Source: a virus
Lineage: Duplodnaviria > Heunggongvirae > Uroviricota > Caudoviricetes
Reading direction: 5' to 3' (one strand)
IMG/VR virus record: IMGVR_UViG_3300017971_000004
Span: 64,001 to 128,000 of that record
DNA length: 64,000 bases
Shown piece by piece: positions 8,969-16,540 of the stretch. Under the pieces are notes generated by a model that saw only the letters and a list, made by a program, of their open reading frames with translations, did not search any database and had not been told where the DNA came from. Positions within the stretch are counted from its first letter, which is position 1, and each line of letters begins with the position of its first letter. The position numbers were made by a program, and so were the translations under genes.

Positions 8969-9820
8969 TTATCGTCGTCCACGATGGCCCCCTCCTTCCA
9001 AACCGAGCGCCTTGCGCTTCGCCTCTTCAATGACCTTCCAAGCCTCGTAGTAGCGGTTGAAATGGTCTTCGAGGGCCATGATGAGCCGTCCCATGTTGGC
9101 CTTGTAGAAGCCGGCGCAATTGACGCAGCCGCACTCGACGATCTTCCATTCGTCGTCGACCATGCAGACGTCCATCACGAAGGCGTCGGCGAGCTGGAAG
9201 ACCTTGACCATCTTCTCGCAGAACTCTCGGGCTGCGGGATCGATAGCTCCGCTTTGCACGACCTGTGTCCCGAGCTTGTAGAGACTCCCCGTGACGATCT
9301 CACCGCCCACCACCCAGAAGCGATACTCCTTTTGGATCTTCTTCACCGAGGCGACCTGGATGGGCGTCAGACTGCTCAGCGACGAAGTGTGGCCGTCCGT
9401 GAGCTTCCGCTGCTGGAACTCGCGCCAGCCGTCCTCGTCGAACACCTGGCCGTTGAAATCCTTGGTATCAGCGCACGGGCGGATGAAATAGGCCTGCTTC
9501 TCCCACTTCCAGTCGTCCCGGAACTTCCGAAGCTCCGAGTCCCAGTTGAGAAGATGCTCCCGGTAATGGTTGCGATACACGAAGAAGTGATGATTCGCGT
9601 TCACCAGAACGCCCGGCACCCAGTCGAACTTCTTGGCCAACCGGACCATCTTGAGCGAGCCGAACACGAAGACATCCCGCCGCTTGGTCTGAACTTCGAA
9701 GTTCTCGACGAACGGCAGAACTTTGACGACTTCCCAGTCGAGCTGAAGACGCTCCAACGTCCGCGTCAGAGCATCATACCCTTCCTCGCGGAACACGTTC
9801 TCTTGTATCACATAGAACAT
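8969..9820 (-). CDS. ATP-grasp domain protein
   Basis: C-terminal ADAFVMDVCMVDDEWKIVECGCVNCAGFY resembles the ATP-grasp metal/ATP loop; start placed at MFYVIQ (9820), just downstream of promoter -10 at 9834-9839. Confidence 0.5.
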   Translation of the reverse strand: MFYVIQENVFREEGYDALTRTLERLQLDWEVVKVLPFVENFEVQTKRRDVFVFGSLKMVRLAKKFDWVPGVLVNANHHFFVYRNHYREHLLNWDSELRKFRDDWKWEKQAYFIRPCADTKDFNGQVFDEDGWREFQQRKLTDGHTSSLSSLTPIQVASVKKIQKEYRFWVVGGEIVTGSLYKLGTQVVQSGAIDPAAREFCEKMVKVFQLADAFVMDVCMVDDEWKIVECGCVNCAGFYKANMGRLIMALEDHFNRYYEAWKVIEEAKRKALGLEGGGHRGRR

Positions 9821-9833
9821 CTCTTGCGCTCTG

Positions 9834-9862
9834 ACTATATAGAGGAAAGTTTCCCCTGTCAA
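9834..9862 (-). promoter_or_regulatory. sigma70-like promoter (TTGACA - 17 - TATAGT) for the ATP-grasp gene
   Basis: plus-strand tgtcaa 9857-9862 and actata 9834-9839. Confidence 0.45.
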
Positions 9863-9885
9863 GCAGACAGATCGACAGCTTCTGC

Positions 9886-10271
9886 CTACTCCGGCTGCTT
9901 CACTTTCATCCGCTGGCTCACACTCTCGATGTGGTCGATGGTCTTGCCGGCATCGTTCAAGATGTAGGCTTCTCCGTCGAACACGATGTGTGTTTCCTGA
10001 TTCCCCTTGCGGACTTCGACTACTGTCGCACCGCTCCAGCTGCTCGGGCCGGAGATGAGTTCACCTCCACGACGACATTCCGAAGGCATCAACCAAACCC
10101 CATCTTCGGGTGGAACAGGAAGAATACCGTCCTCGGTCATCCGCTCCAAGTCCTCCGAACTGAGGTACGCCCAAATCTTGATGCTGTCACCTTCGCAATA
10201 GAACCAGGGCGTCTCTCGTGGACCTCCCCAACATCTGTACTTCGAGCTGGCGTCGATCTTGATGATCATGA
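9886..10271 (-). CDS. hypothetical protein (start at MIIKIDASSKY...)
   Basis: trimmed from ORF 9886..10365. Confidence 0.45.
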
Positions 10272-10430
10272 CCTTTCTCCTTTCTGCGGCCTTCTGGCTG
10301 ACTATCTTGCTGTCGATCTGTCTGGGGATAATATACAGGATTGGGAGATGGTGGAATCGAACCACTTGCCTCGTGGAGGAGCGGGTTTACAGCCCACCGC
10401 AGGCCCAGCCTGCCTTAGAGCACCTCCCGT

Positions 10431-10519
10431 TGCACGGGGTGGGATTCGAACCCACACTGTCTCTTAAGCGTTGCCCTGGGGCCTGAACCCAGCGCCTCTA
10501 CCAGTTGGGCTACCCGTGC
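10431..10519 (-). tRNA. tRNA-Leu(CAG)-like, class II (long, poorly paired variable arm)
   Basis: hand-folded: acceptor GCACGGG/CCCGTGC, T-arm GTGGG-TTCGAAT-CCCAC, anticodon stem CTGGG/CCCAG loop TTCAGGC. Confidence 0.5.
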
Positions 10520-10557
10520 GCTATCTAGATGCTAATTAGCGTCTAATTAGCATCTGG

Positions 10558-10630
10558 TGGACAGGGACGGAGTCGAACCGCCTACACCCGGAACTTCAAT
10601 CCGGTGCTCTACCAGTTGAGCTACCTGTCC
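10558..10630 (-). tRNA. tRNA-Phe(GAA)
   Basis: clean cloverleaf GGACAGG-TA-GCTC-AACTGGTA-GAGC-A-CCGGA-TTGAAGT-TCCGG-GTGTA-GGCGG-TTCGACT-CCGTC-CCTGTCC-A. Confidence 0.8.
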
Positions 10631-10632
10631 GT

Positions 10633-10705
10633 TGCGCGTGGAGGGATTCGAACCCCAACATCCGGACCCTCAGTCCGGCGACTCTGCCAGTTGGCCTACA
10701 CGCGC
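10633..10705 (-). tRNA. tRNA, anticodon GAG (Leu-type) in a class-I-length (73 nt) body
   Basis: acceptor GCGCGTG/CACGCGC, anticodon stem CCGGA/TCCGG loop CTGAGGG; weak D-stem and 4-nt variable loop. Confidence 0.5.
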
Positions 10706-10772
10706 GTTGTGTTTCACCTGCTGTCAGCAACCTCCGTTGTCGCTCACTTTCGAACGAATCTGATCAACCAAG

Positions 10773-10846
10773 TGCGACCGCCGGGAGTCGAACCCGGAAC
10801 ATCCTGCTTTTGAAACAGGCGACTCTGCCAGTTGGCCTACGGTCGC
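10773..10846 (-). tRNA. tRNA, anticodon CAA (Leu-type) in a class-I-length body
   Basis: acceptor GCGACCG/CGGTCGC, T-arm CCGGG-TTCGACT-CCCGG, anticodon stem CCTGT/GCAGG loop TTCAAAA; D-region identical to previous tRNA. Confidence 0.5.
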
Positions 10847-10850
10847 TCGA

Positions 10851-10923
10851 TGCGTCCGCCAGGATTCGAACCTGGAACCCCCGGTGTTTAAAGCCGGTGC
10901 CTCTGCCGTTGAGCCACGGACGC
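10851..10923 (-). tRNA. tRNA, anticodon UAA (Leu-type) in a class-I-length body
   Basis: acceptor GCGTCCG/CGGACGC, T-arm CCAGG-TTCGAAT-CCTGG, anticodon stem CCGGC/ACCGG (one C.A mismatch) loop TTTAAAC. Confidence 0.45.
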
Positions 10924-10927
10924 TCGG

Positions 10928-11001
10928 CAGGAGAGCCAGGATTCGAACCTGGGTTTGAGGACTTGGAAACCTCCGTGCTGGACCGCTCGCACTACTCTCC
11001 C
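10928..11001 (-). tRNA. tRNA-Trp(CCA)
   Basis: acceptor GGGAGAG/CTCTCCT, D-stem GTGC/GCAC, anticodon loop TTCCAAG. Confidence 0.55.
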
Positions 11002-11003
11002 GT

Positions 11004-11076
11004 GGTGACCGACGAGACTTGAACTCGCAACGACCGGGGCCACATCCCGGCGCTCTACCAGTTGAGCTACGGCCAC
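11004..11076 (-). tRNA. tRNA-His(GTG), discriminator C, no encoded G-1
   Basis: GTGGCCG-TA-GCTC-AACTGGTA-GAGC-G-CCGGG-ATGTGGC-CCCGG-TCGTT-GCGAG-TTCAAGT-CTCGT-CGGTCAC-C. Confidence 0.75.
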
Positions 11077-11078
11077 AG

Positions 11079-11163
11079 CGGAGGACGCAGGGCTCGAACC
11101 TGCACCGGGATGAACCGGACGACGCCTTAGCAGGGCGCTGCGATACCATTCTGCCAGTCCTCC
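11079..11163 (-). tRNA. tRNA-Ser(GCT), class II
   Basis: acceptor GGAGGAC/GTCCTCC, anticodon stem GCGCC/GGCGT loop CTGCTAA, long variable arm with CCGG-TTCAT-CCGG stem. Confidence 0.75.
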
Positions 11164-11228
11164 ACATTAAAATTTTCCTCCATTTTCTTTAATAGTTCGG
11201 ATCCTAATTAAAACTTTCTTCAATACTG
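11164..11228 (-). promoter_or_regulatory. AT-rich (about 28% GC) spacer inside the tRNA array, candidate internal promoter or processing region
   Basis: acattaaaattttcctccattttctttaatagttcggatcctaattaaaactttcttcaatactgag in an otherwise >60% GC region. Confidence 0.3.
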
Positions 11229-11301
11229 AGTCCCGAGCCGGAATCGAACCGGCGTCTGAGGATTTGCAGTCCCCCGCTTGAACCTGCTCAGCTACCGGGA
11301 C
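11229..11301 (-). tRNA. tRNA-Cys(GCA), discriminator U
   Basis: acceptor GTCCCGG/TCGGGAC, anticodon stem GGGGA/TCCTC loop CTGCAAA, T-arm GCCGG-TTCGATT-CCGGC. Confidence 0.7.
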
Positions 11302-11304
11302 AAG

Positions 11305-11376
11305 CAGGGCCGGGCGGAGTCGAACCGCCGTACTCGGGTCCAAAGCCCGATGCTCTACACGTTGAGCTACGACCCC
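11305..11376 (-). tRNA. tRNA-Gln(TTG)
   Basis: GGGGTCG-TA-GCTC-AACGTGTA-GAGC-A-TCGGG-CTTTGGA-CCCGA-GTAC-GGCGG-TTCGACT-CCGCC-CGGCCCT. Confidence 0.7.
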
Positions 11377-11378
11377 GG

Positions 11379-11468
11379 AGGAGGGCGAGGGATTCGAACC
11401 CCCACGCCGGGACAACGCCGACGACCGCGATTTTCGAGACCGCTCCAATACCGTTCTGGCAGCCCTCC
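11379..11468 (-). tRNA. tRNA-Ser(CGA), class II; 3-prime CC encoded and abutting next tRNA
   Basis: acceptor GGAGGGC/GCCCTCC, anticodon stem GCGGT/ATCGC loop CTCGAAA, long variable arm. Confidence 0.7.
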
Positions 11469-11513
11469 GATTGGTAAATCTTTCCATCACTTAACACTTC
11501 TTTACCGTTCGAG

Positions 11514-11600
11514 CGGAAGCGCCTGGACTCGAACCAGGACCACGGGAAACCGTGCTCTCGGCCTTCCAAGCCGGGGCCTTACCGTTGAGGCTACGCTTCC
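11514..11600 (-). tRNA. tRNA-Ser(GGA), class II
   Basis: acceptor GGAAGCG/CGCTTCC, D-stem GCCT/AGGC, anticodon loop TTGGAAG, variable arm CACGG-TTTC-CCGTG, T-arm CCTGG-TTCGAGT-CCAGG. Confidence 0.65.
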
Positions 11601-11738
11601 GAACTGGAAACGATTAGCTTAGATAAAGCAGTGATTGATGCTGGATAAACGAGGAGAGACACCAGAGGCGGGGAGCCTTGGCGGTGGGGGCGATCATCTT
11701 TCCGATTCGCTTTCGACGTTTCATCGGTCTCTCCTCGG

Positions 11739-11812
11739 TCCGGGCGAGAGGATTTGAACCTCCAACCTCTAGATCCCGAATCTAGCGTGCTACCAGATTG
11801 CACTACACCCGG
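11739..11812 (-). tRNA. tRNA-Pro(CGG)
   Basis: CCGGGTG-TA-GTGC-AATCTGGTA-GCAC-G-CTAGA-TTCGGGA-TCTAG-AGGTT-GGAGG-TTCAAAT-CCTCT-CGCCCGG-A. Confidence 0.75.
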
Positions 11813-11942
11813 ATAGTCTACAGCCCCTCGCGGGGTGGTGTAGGCTTCCGGGCTGGTCGTGCTGTCTGGTTCTTCTTCATCGCACGCTTCTTCGCGCCGC
11901 TACGCGGCGAAGTCTCAAATATAGAAGAAGCCCTCAAAGAGA

Positions 11943-12437
11943 TCAAGCAGAAAGTTCAGAGTCGAGCTTTTCCTTCAAGCCGGTGCCGCTCTCCGTGGTC
12001 ATCCCCCACTGGATGTCCTCATAGGGAATCTCGTTCTCGCGCATCAGCTCCTGGATCAACGCGCGGCCTACTCCCTTTCCCTGCGCCTCGGGCTTGACCT
12101 CGATCATCTTGAGATGCGTCTCGCCGCGCCAGAGAGTGTAGTCCACGTAGCCGAGCCCTTCGCCGGTCTTTGCGTCCTTGGCGACGATCCAGGCGTCCCA
12201 CTGGTCGCCGAGGGCATCACCCCCGTGCTCGAAGGCGAGGGCGTCGCCCTGCTGGGCGTTCCGACCCGTTACGAAAGGAAGCAGCCGAAGAAGAAGCATC
12301 CACTGAGAGAACGCGTTCTCCTCTTCGAAGCGTCTTTTCTCCCGCTCGATGGCCCGCTCAGGTTCATCCTCTTCGATCTCGGGCACCTCGTCACCGATGC
12401 GACGAAGGGCTTCCGTGTTCAGTCCGTGGAGCCGCAT
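11943..12437 (-). CDS. GNAT-family N-acetyltransferase with conserved N-terminal leader MRLHGLNTEALRRI
   Basis: acetyl-CoA binding motif MIEVKPEAQGKGVGRALIQELMRE; start trimmed to the MRLHGLN methionine. Confidence 0.6.
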   Translation of the reverse strand: MRLHGLNTEALRRIGDEVPEIEEDEPERAIEREKRRFEEENAFSQWMLLLRLLPFVTGRNAQQGDALAFEHGGDALGDQWDAWIVAKDAKTGEGLGYVDYTLWRGETHLKMIEVKPEAQGKGVGRALIQELMRENEIPYEDIQWGMTTESGTGLKEKLDSELSA

Positions 12438-13090
12438 CAGTCCTCCCAGACCGAATCGATGAGGTCGTAGATGAGATCGACCTGCTCGTCGGCGAAGTGC
12501 CAGCGGACATCGATGTTGTCGTCGGCCCATTTCTTCGGATCGCCGTCTAGCTCCTCGGACATCGCGCACCAGTCGGCCACCATCTCCGCGATGTCGAGGT
12601 CGCCCATCCCGGTACCGTCGATGACCTCGTCGGGAGCTGCATCCCGGTCGTCCTCGTCGACCACATCGAGCGTCTCCATCTGATGATACTCAGGGTGATG
12701 CTTGCTGTTCAGGATGTGGTGCTGCGTGGCGACGTTGATCGCGTCCTCCATCCCCCCGGGCAGCTCGCACTCGATGCCCTCATCCTCGCACTTGTAGCGC
12801 CAGGTCAGCCAGATGTACGGCTCCAGCTCGGGCTCTTCGAACTTGATCTGGTCGTGTTCTTCACCGCGCTCGATCAGGCCGTCGAAACCGTCCCAGGCAT
12901 CCTCGATCTTCTTGCAGTACTTCTGCACGCGCTCGATGTGCTTGTTGGTCCGGTCGTAGAAGTGCTGTTCCATCTCGTCGGTGATCTGCTGAGCGACACG
13001 CCGAAGGCTGTCAAGCGCGCCCTGGACAGTCATGCCACTACGCATTCCGACCCGGATGATCGCGTTCCGGTCGAGTCCCCGAAGTCTCAT
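12437..13090 (-). CDS. acidic hypothetical protein with N-terminal leader MRLRGLDRNAIIRVG
   Basis: start trimmed to MRLRGLD; ATGA overlap with previous gene. Confidence 0.5.
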   Translation of the reverse strand: MRLRGLDRNAIIRVGMRSGMTVQGALDSLRRVAQQITDEMEQHFYDRTNKHIERVQKYCKKIEDAWDGFDGLIERGEEHDQIKFEEPELEPYIWLTWRYKCEDEGIECELPGGMEDAINVATQHHILNSKHHPEYHQMETLDVVDEDDRDAAPDEVIDGTGMGDLDIAEMVADWCAMSEELDGDPKKWADDNIDVRWHFADEQVDLIYDLIDSVWED

Positions 13091-13374
13091 CCCTCTTTCA
13101 CCGGAGGAAGGTCCCGCAGGACTTCCCACGCCTCGTTGAAGATCCAAGGAGTCTCATCGTATCGTCCATTCTGCTGCTTGAGTAGCACCACGTAACAGTG
13201 ATCATCGATGGCGATCTGAGCACGACCTCCGTACTCGTCTGCCAGCGTAGCTACGGGCTCGAACTCCGCGCCCTCCGGATCATCGTTGTCCCAGATAGCT
13301 CGATCATCGGTCTCCACTTGCACGTATCTCGCGATACGTCGAAGTGACTCTCGGTTGAGACCGTGGAGTCTCAC
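13087..13374 (-). CDS. small hypothetical protein with N-terminal leader (GTG start) MRLHGLNRESLRRIARY
   Basis: 95 aa ORF; GTG start verified by hand at 13372-13374. Confidence 0.5.
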   Translation of the reverse strand: MRLHGLNRESLRRIARYVQVETDDRAIWDNDDPEGAEFEPVATLADEYGGRAQIAIDDHCYVVLLKQQNGRYDETPWIFNEAWEVLRDLPPVKEG

Positions 13375-13802
13375 ATTCCGCCCCCGAACAGACGCTTCAC
13401 GACGTCGAGCGGGAGCACCGTCTCCAACCCGAAGGTCGGGTCGTCCAGGTCGGCCTGGAAGAAGATACCCGGCTGGAACGGGATGAGACCGTGCCCCAAG
13501 ATGATTGCGGCAACCTTCTTCTGACGCTCCACGAGCGCTTCCAGCCAGCGCTCGGCTCCGTTGAAGATGATGAACTTGCCCTGCTCCTCCCAGACCTCTA
13601 CGGGGGCCTGAGAACCGGCTGAGCCTACTCCGTGAAGGATACTGTCGGCAGCTTCGTCGAGCGAATAGATGTCGACCGCCATGTCGGTCAACGGGATGTC
13701 GATGATCTTTGGAGGCGGCATCAGCTCCCCTACCAGACGTTCTCCCATCTTCTCCAAGATGAACTCGTCAACACTTCGGTATGGTCTTGGACGGTTTCTC
13801 AT
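13371..13802 (-). CDS. hypothetical protein
   Basis: 143 aa ORF. Confidence 0.5.
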   Translation of the reverse strand: MRNRPRPYRSVDEFILEKMGERLVGELMPPPKIIDIPLTDMAVDIYSLDEAADSILHGVGSAGSQAPVEVWEEQGKFIIFNGAERWLEALVERQKKVAAIILGHGLIPFQPGIFFQADLDDPTFGLETVLPLDVVKRLFGGGM

Positions 13803-13835
13803 GAAGATAAATATACAGGAAGGTGGGTCGGAAAT

Positions 13836-14117
13836 CTAAAGCTTGGGAGGTTCGGCCACCGATCGAGCCCAGGCACGGGCAGCGACATGTTGCTGTTCGA
13901 CGCGCTCATGAACGATGCGAGCGACTTCGTCGTAGGAGTCTCCGGCGTCGCCATCGACGCCTTCTGTGTAGACGACGTCCTTCTTGCGATGACCGTTCCG
14001 AATAGTCGCCCCCGGCCCGTAGGCAGCCACGACGGCGGCAGCGTCTTCCGGCAGCTTGCAGGCCGCAACGTACTCGCCTTCGGGGGTGTAGACTTTGAAC
14101 TGCGGTGCTCCTGCCAT
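13836..14117 (-). CDS. hypothetical protein
   Basis: 93 aa ORF. Confidence 0.5.
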   Translation of the reverse strand: MAGAPQFKVYTPEGEYVAACKLPEDAAAVVAAYGPGATIRNGHRKKDVVYTEGVDGDAGDSYDEVARIVHERVEQQHVAARAWARSVAEPPKL

Positions 14118-14118
14118 C

Positions 14119-14493
14119 TTAGCCCTCTTTAGAGAGTCTGTTGCATCCCCAGCACAGGTCCGTGATCGGGTCTTCCCCGTCGATCAAGTTGCCGCAGCAT
14201 CGACAACGAACGGGATGGAGATATCCTCGGTACAAGCCGTCGAGCATCGAGGCAACGATGCGCCCGTCTTCCGTCAACTCCACGGGACGAAGTCCGCTGG
14301 CACAAGGCGCTCCGATGACAACCAGGCCGAGCTTCTCCAGTTGCTCGTGGCAAGGAGCGTGCCCACGCCGCTGGTAGTTCTCGAACCCCGGATGCTTTCG
14401 CACCTGCTCGATCACCTTCAGGTGGCGGAGCGCCGTCCCGGTCGTATCAGGATAGCTACGCGAGAACAGGTCAATCGCTACGGATTGATGGTT
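14119..14493 (-). CDS. hypothetical protein with C-terminal zinc-ribbon (CRCCGN...CWGCN)
   Basis: start at internal MNHQSVAID; two Cys pairs at C-terminus. Confidence 0.45.
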   Translation of the reverse strand, partial: NHQSVAIDLFSRSYPDTTGTALRHLKVIEQVRKHPGFENYQRRGHAPCHEQLEKLGLVVIGAPCASGLRPVELTEDGRIVASMLDGLYRGYLHPVRCRCCGNLIDGEDPITDLCWGCNRLSKEG

Positions 14494-14495
14494 CA

Positions 14496-14687
14496 TCAGC
14501 CGTTCTCCTTCTTCCGGATGATCTTGACGGGCGTCCACTGCGAACCGAAGTTCGAGCCGAGTCCGCTCTCCCACTGGACGCCGATCACGTCGCCGTGGGG
14601 GTAACGGCTCCAGGCACGCGGATCAACCACGATGCCCAAGACCCCCGTGTCAGTACGGATGACTTCTTCTCCTTTCTGGAACTCCAT
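14496..14687 (-). CDS. small hypothetical protein (MEFQKGEEVIRTDTGVLGIVVD...)
   Basis: trimmed from ORF 14496..14873. Confidence 0.45.
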   Translation of the reverse strand: MEFQKGEEVIRTDTGVLGIVVDPRAWSRYPHGDVIGVQWESGLGSNFGSQWTPVKIIRKKENG

Positions 14688-14893
14688 CAGTCGAGCCCCA
14701 ACCGGTGCGCGACCGCCTCGCACTCGTGACAAGTTATACCGTCCTTCAGCTGGCCGGCACGGTTGCGCTTGACACCTGCCAGCGTCGGACGACTGGGGTC
14801 CGCCGCCGATTCGCAGACGTGCTCCCAAAGGAGCGCGCTGAGAGGCTTCGCCCACTTGGGACGATTCTTCCACTTCGGAGCCTTCTTTGTCAT
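14687..14893 (-). CDS. small hypothetical protein
   Basis: 68 aa; GGAGG ribosome-binding site 8 nt upstream of ATG (plus-strand cctcc 14902-14906). Confidence 0.5.
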   Translation of the reverse strand: MTKKAPKWKNRPKWAKPLSALLWEHVCESAADPSRPTLAGVKRNRAGQLKDGITCHECEAVAHRLGLD

Positions 14894-14933
14894 GTCATTG
14901 CCCTCCTGTTGGTGTCATTCTTGATACTCTCTC

Positions 14934-14964
14934 TATATAGCACAGAGTCTACCCGATAAGCAAG
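14934..14964 (-). promoter_or_regulatory. sigma70-like promoter (TTGCTT - 18 - TATATA) for gene 14687..14893; copy 1 of a 30-bp repeated motif
   Basis: plus tatata 14934-14939, aagcaa about 14958-14963; motif repeated at 15265-15300. Confidence 0.4.
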
Positions 14965-14973
14965 CAAATTCTA

Positions 14974-15007
14974 GATAAAAAAGGCCGATGCTCAAAAGCA
15001 CCGGCCT
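14974..15007 (-). terminator. rho-independent terminator (minus strand)
   Basis: GGCCGGTGCTTTTGAGCATCGGCC hairpin followed by TTTTTTATC in minus orientation. Confidence 0.55.
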
Positions 15008-15276
15008 GGTTAGATCTTCACATGTAGATCGCGGGCGCAACCCGCATGCCACCTCTAAGTATCCGGTACTTGAGTTAAGTACCGGATCGTGGCGCGGGCG
15101 TGTTGGTGCGCCACAAAAACCCCTTTTTTCGACTCTGATCGGTGCCGGGAGCTAGCGGCTGTCAACCGTGAGTATTCCTGATTGACTCGAAGCGCCGGGG
15201 GAGGAGGCGGCGATGTGATCTTCGAGACCAACCAAGCAAGGACACCGATCATCTTCTTTGGGTCTCCCTTTGACAC
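14975..15276 (-). ncRNA. candidate structured non-coding transcript (about 300 nt) between promoter copy 2 and the 14974-15007 terminator
   Basis: three consecutive hairpins: GCGGGCGCAACCCGC (15038-15052), 10-bp perfect stem ATCCGGTACT-TGAGTTA-AGTACCGGAT (15058-15088), GTGGCGC...GCGCCAC (15094-15120); no credible ORF. Confidence 0.3.
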
Positions 15277-15282
15277 CCTCTC

Positions 15283-15312
15283 TGTATAGCAGATAGTCCA
15301 CCACGAAGTCAA
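15283..15312 (-). promoter_or_regulatory. sigma70-like promoter (TTGACT - 18 - TATACA), copy 2 of the repeated promoter motif
   Basis: plus tgtata 15283-15288 and agtcaa 15307-15312; shares ctctct(a/g)tatagca core with 14921-14945. Confidence 0.4.
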
Positions 15313-15336
15313 GCTAATCCGAAAAAAGAGAAGCTG

Positions 15337-15634
15337 CTACAGAGTCTCATCAACGACGTTGCCCAAGGTATCCAGGGCAATGTCCTTGATGAGTTCCTGA
15401 AGCTCTCGGAAACGAGGATGAGAAGTGAACCGTTCCTCGGCTCGGGCCAAGGTAATGCCTCCTCTCGGAAGCTTGTTCCAGTCGACGGCTGAAGACCGAG
15501 GCAGCCTGCGCGGCAGCTTGCGGAAGCCCCCATTCAAGATCTGTCAAGACATCGTCCCAGTCGACCTCGAATCCTTCGCGCTCGATGCGCTCCTTCTCTT
15601 CCTGATAGCCGCCACCGAACGGATCACTCGACAT
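15337..15634 (-). pseudogene. hypothetical gene with apparent +1 frameshift at a G5/C5 homopolymer (about 15525-15529)
   Basis: N-terminal MSSDPFGGGYQEEKERIEREGFEVDWDDVLTDLEWG in one frame, C-terminal ...AVDWNKLPRGGITLARAEERFTSHPRFRELQELIKDIALDTLGNVVDETL* in the adjacent frame. Confidence 0.35.
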
Positions 15635-16178
15635 CGGGCTCCTCCATCACTTCATGGGGCTCTTCGTCAATGCGATGCATCTCGAACTCGACGCCGGCCT
15701 CGTTGCAGACTTCTTCGAAACCTTCGATCACCTTGTCAGTGTCCTCCCAGATCTCCACCCGTGTCGGCTGATGTTCCTCGATGAGTTGACGGAGCATCTC
15801 GGGCTTCCAGACTTCTGAGCGAGAGCCCTCCGGGGCGAGCCGGATCTCATCGAAGTCGAGATCTTGTTGATCGAGCAGCTCGTTGATCCGATCTTCGAAC
15901 TTCTCGAAGCGACCAGTCACGAGCACGAACGCCGCGTCAGCTGCTTGCTCCGACTCGTGAGCGTCTCGAAGAACCTTTTGCACCCACCAGTCGGTCGTGG
16001 GCTCCTCGGGCACCTGAGGCTCCTCCAGGCTCTTCTCGTTGGACCACCATCCTCGCTCGGGCCACCCTTTCGGTTTCTCGGGACTACGGAACAGAGTGCC
16101 GTCGAAGTCGTACAGATGAAGCACCTTTGCTCCCGCGAGGCGGCGGAGTCCTTGCTTGGTAATGCCGAGAACGATCAT
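15624..16178 (-). CDS. HAD-superfamily phosphatase-like protein
   Basis: motif I LYDFDGTLF, motif II VLVTGR; acidic C-terminus. Confidence 0.55.
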   Translation of the reverse strand: MIVLGITKQGLRRLAGAKVLHLYDFDGTLFRSPEKPKGWPERGWWSNEKSLEEPQVPEEPTTDWWVQKVLRDAHESEQAADAAFVLVTGRFEKFEDRINELLDQQDLDFDEIRLAPEGSRSEVWKPEMLRQLIEEHQPTRVEIWEDTDKVIEGFEEVCNEAGVEFEMHRIDEEPHEVMEEPDVE

Positions 16179-16218
16179 CCCGTTAATTCTACTCGATGTT
16201 CATTGGGTGCTATAAAAA

Positions 16219-16539
16219 TCAACCGCCTTCGACCAAGGGAGGAGCTTCGTCCGCCTCGGGTTCGGCAACCGGACCAGCCACTTCCATCGCCTCGCCAGGA
16301 ATGATACGGGCGACGTCTCCTTTCCCGACGACCGGTGTCACCTCGGTCGTAGCCAAAGTCGACTGAAGTTCGGTCAGGACCTTCTCCTCGACGAGATCGT
16401 CCACTGTCTTGCCGGCATCCTGAGCCGCCTGAAGATCGGCTGGGGTCAACTCGATGTTGAAGTCGACCTCCACGTCCCGTTGATCGGTCTTGACCGTCTC
16501 GCCCGACTCGTTCTTGTAGACGATGTTTACCTTGATCAT
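16219..16539 (-). CDS. hypothetical protein (start at MIKVNIVYKNESG...)
   Basis: trimmed from ORF 16219..16608. Confidence 0.45.
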   Translation of the reverse strand: MIKVNIVYKNESGETVKTDQRDVEVDFNIELTPADLQAAQDAGKTVDDLVEEKVLTELQSTLATTEVTPVVGKGDVARIIPGEAMEVAGPVAEPEADEAPPLVEGG

Positions 16540-16540
16540 C

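Noticed and set aside
11591-11803. 70-aa minus-strand ORF overlapping the tRNA-Pro and tRNA-Ser genes
   Set aside because: It overlaps two well-folded tRNAs; spurious.
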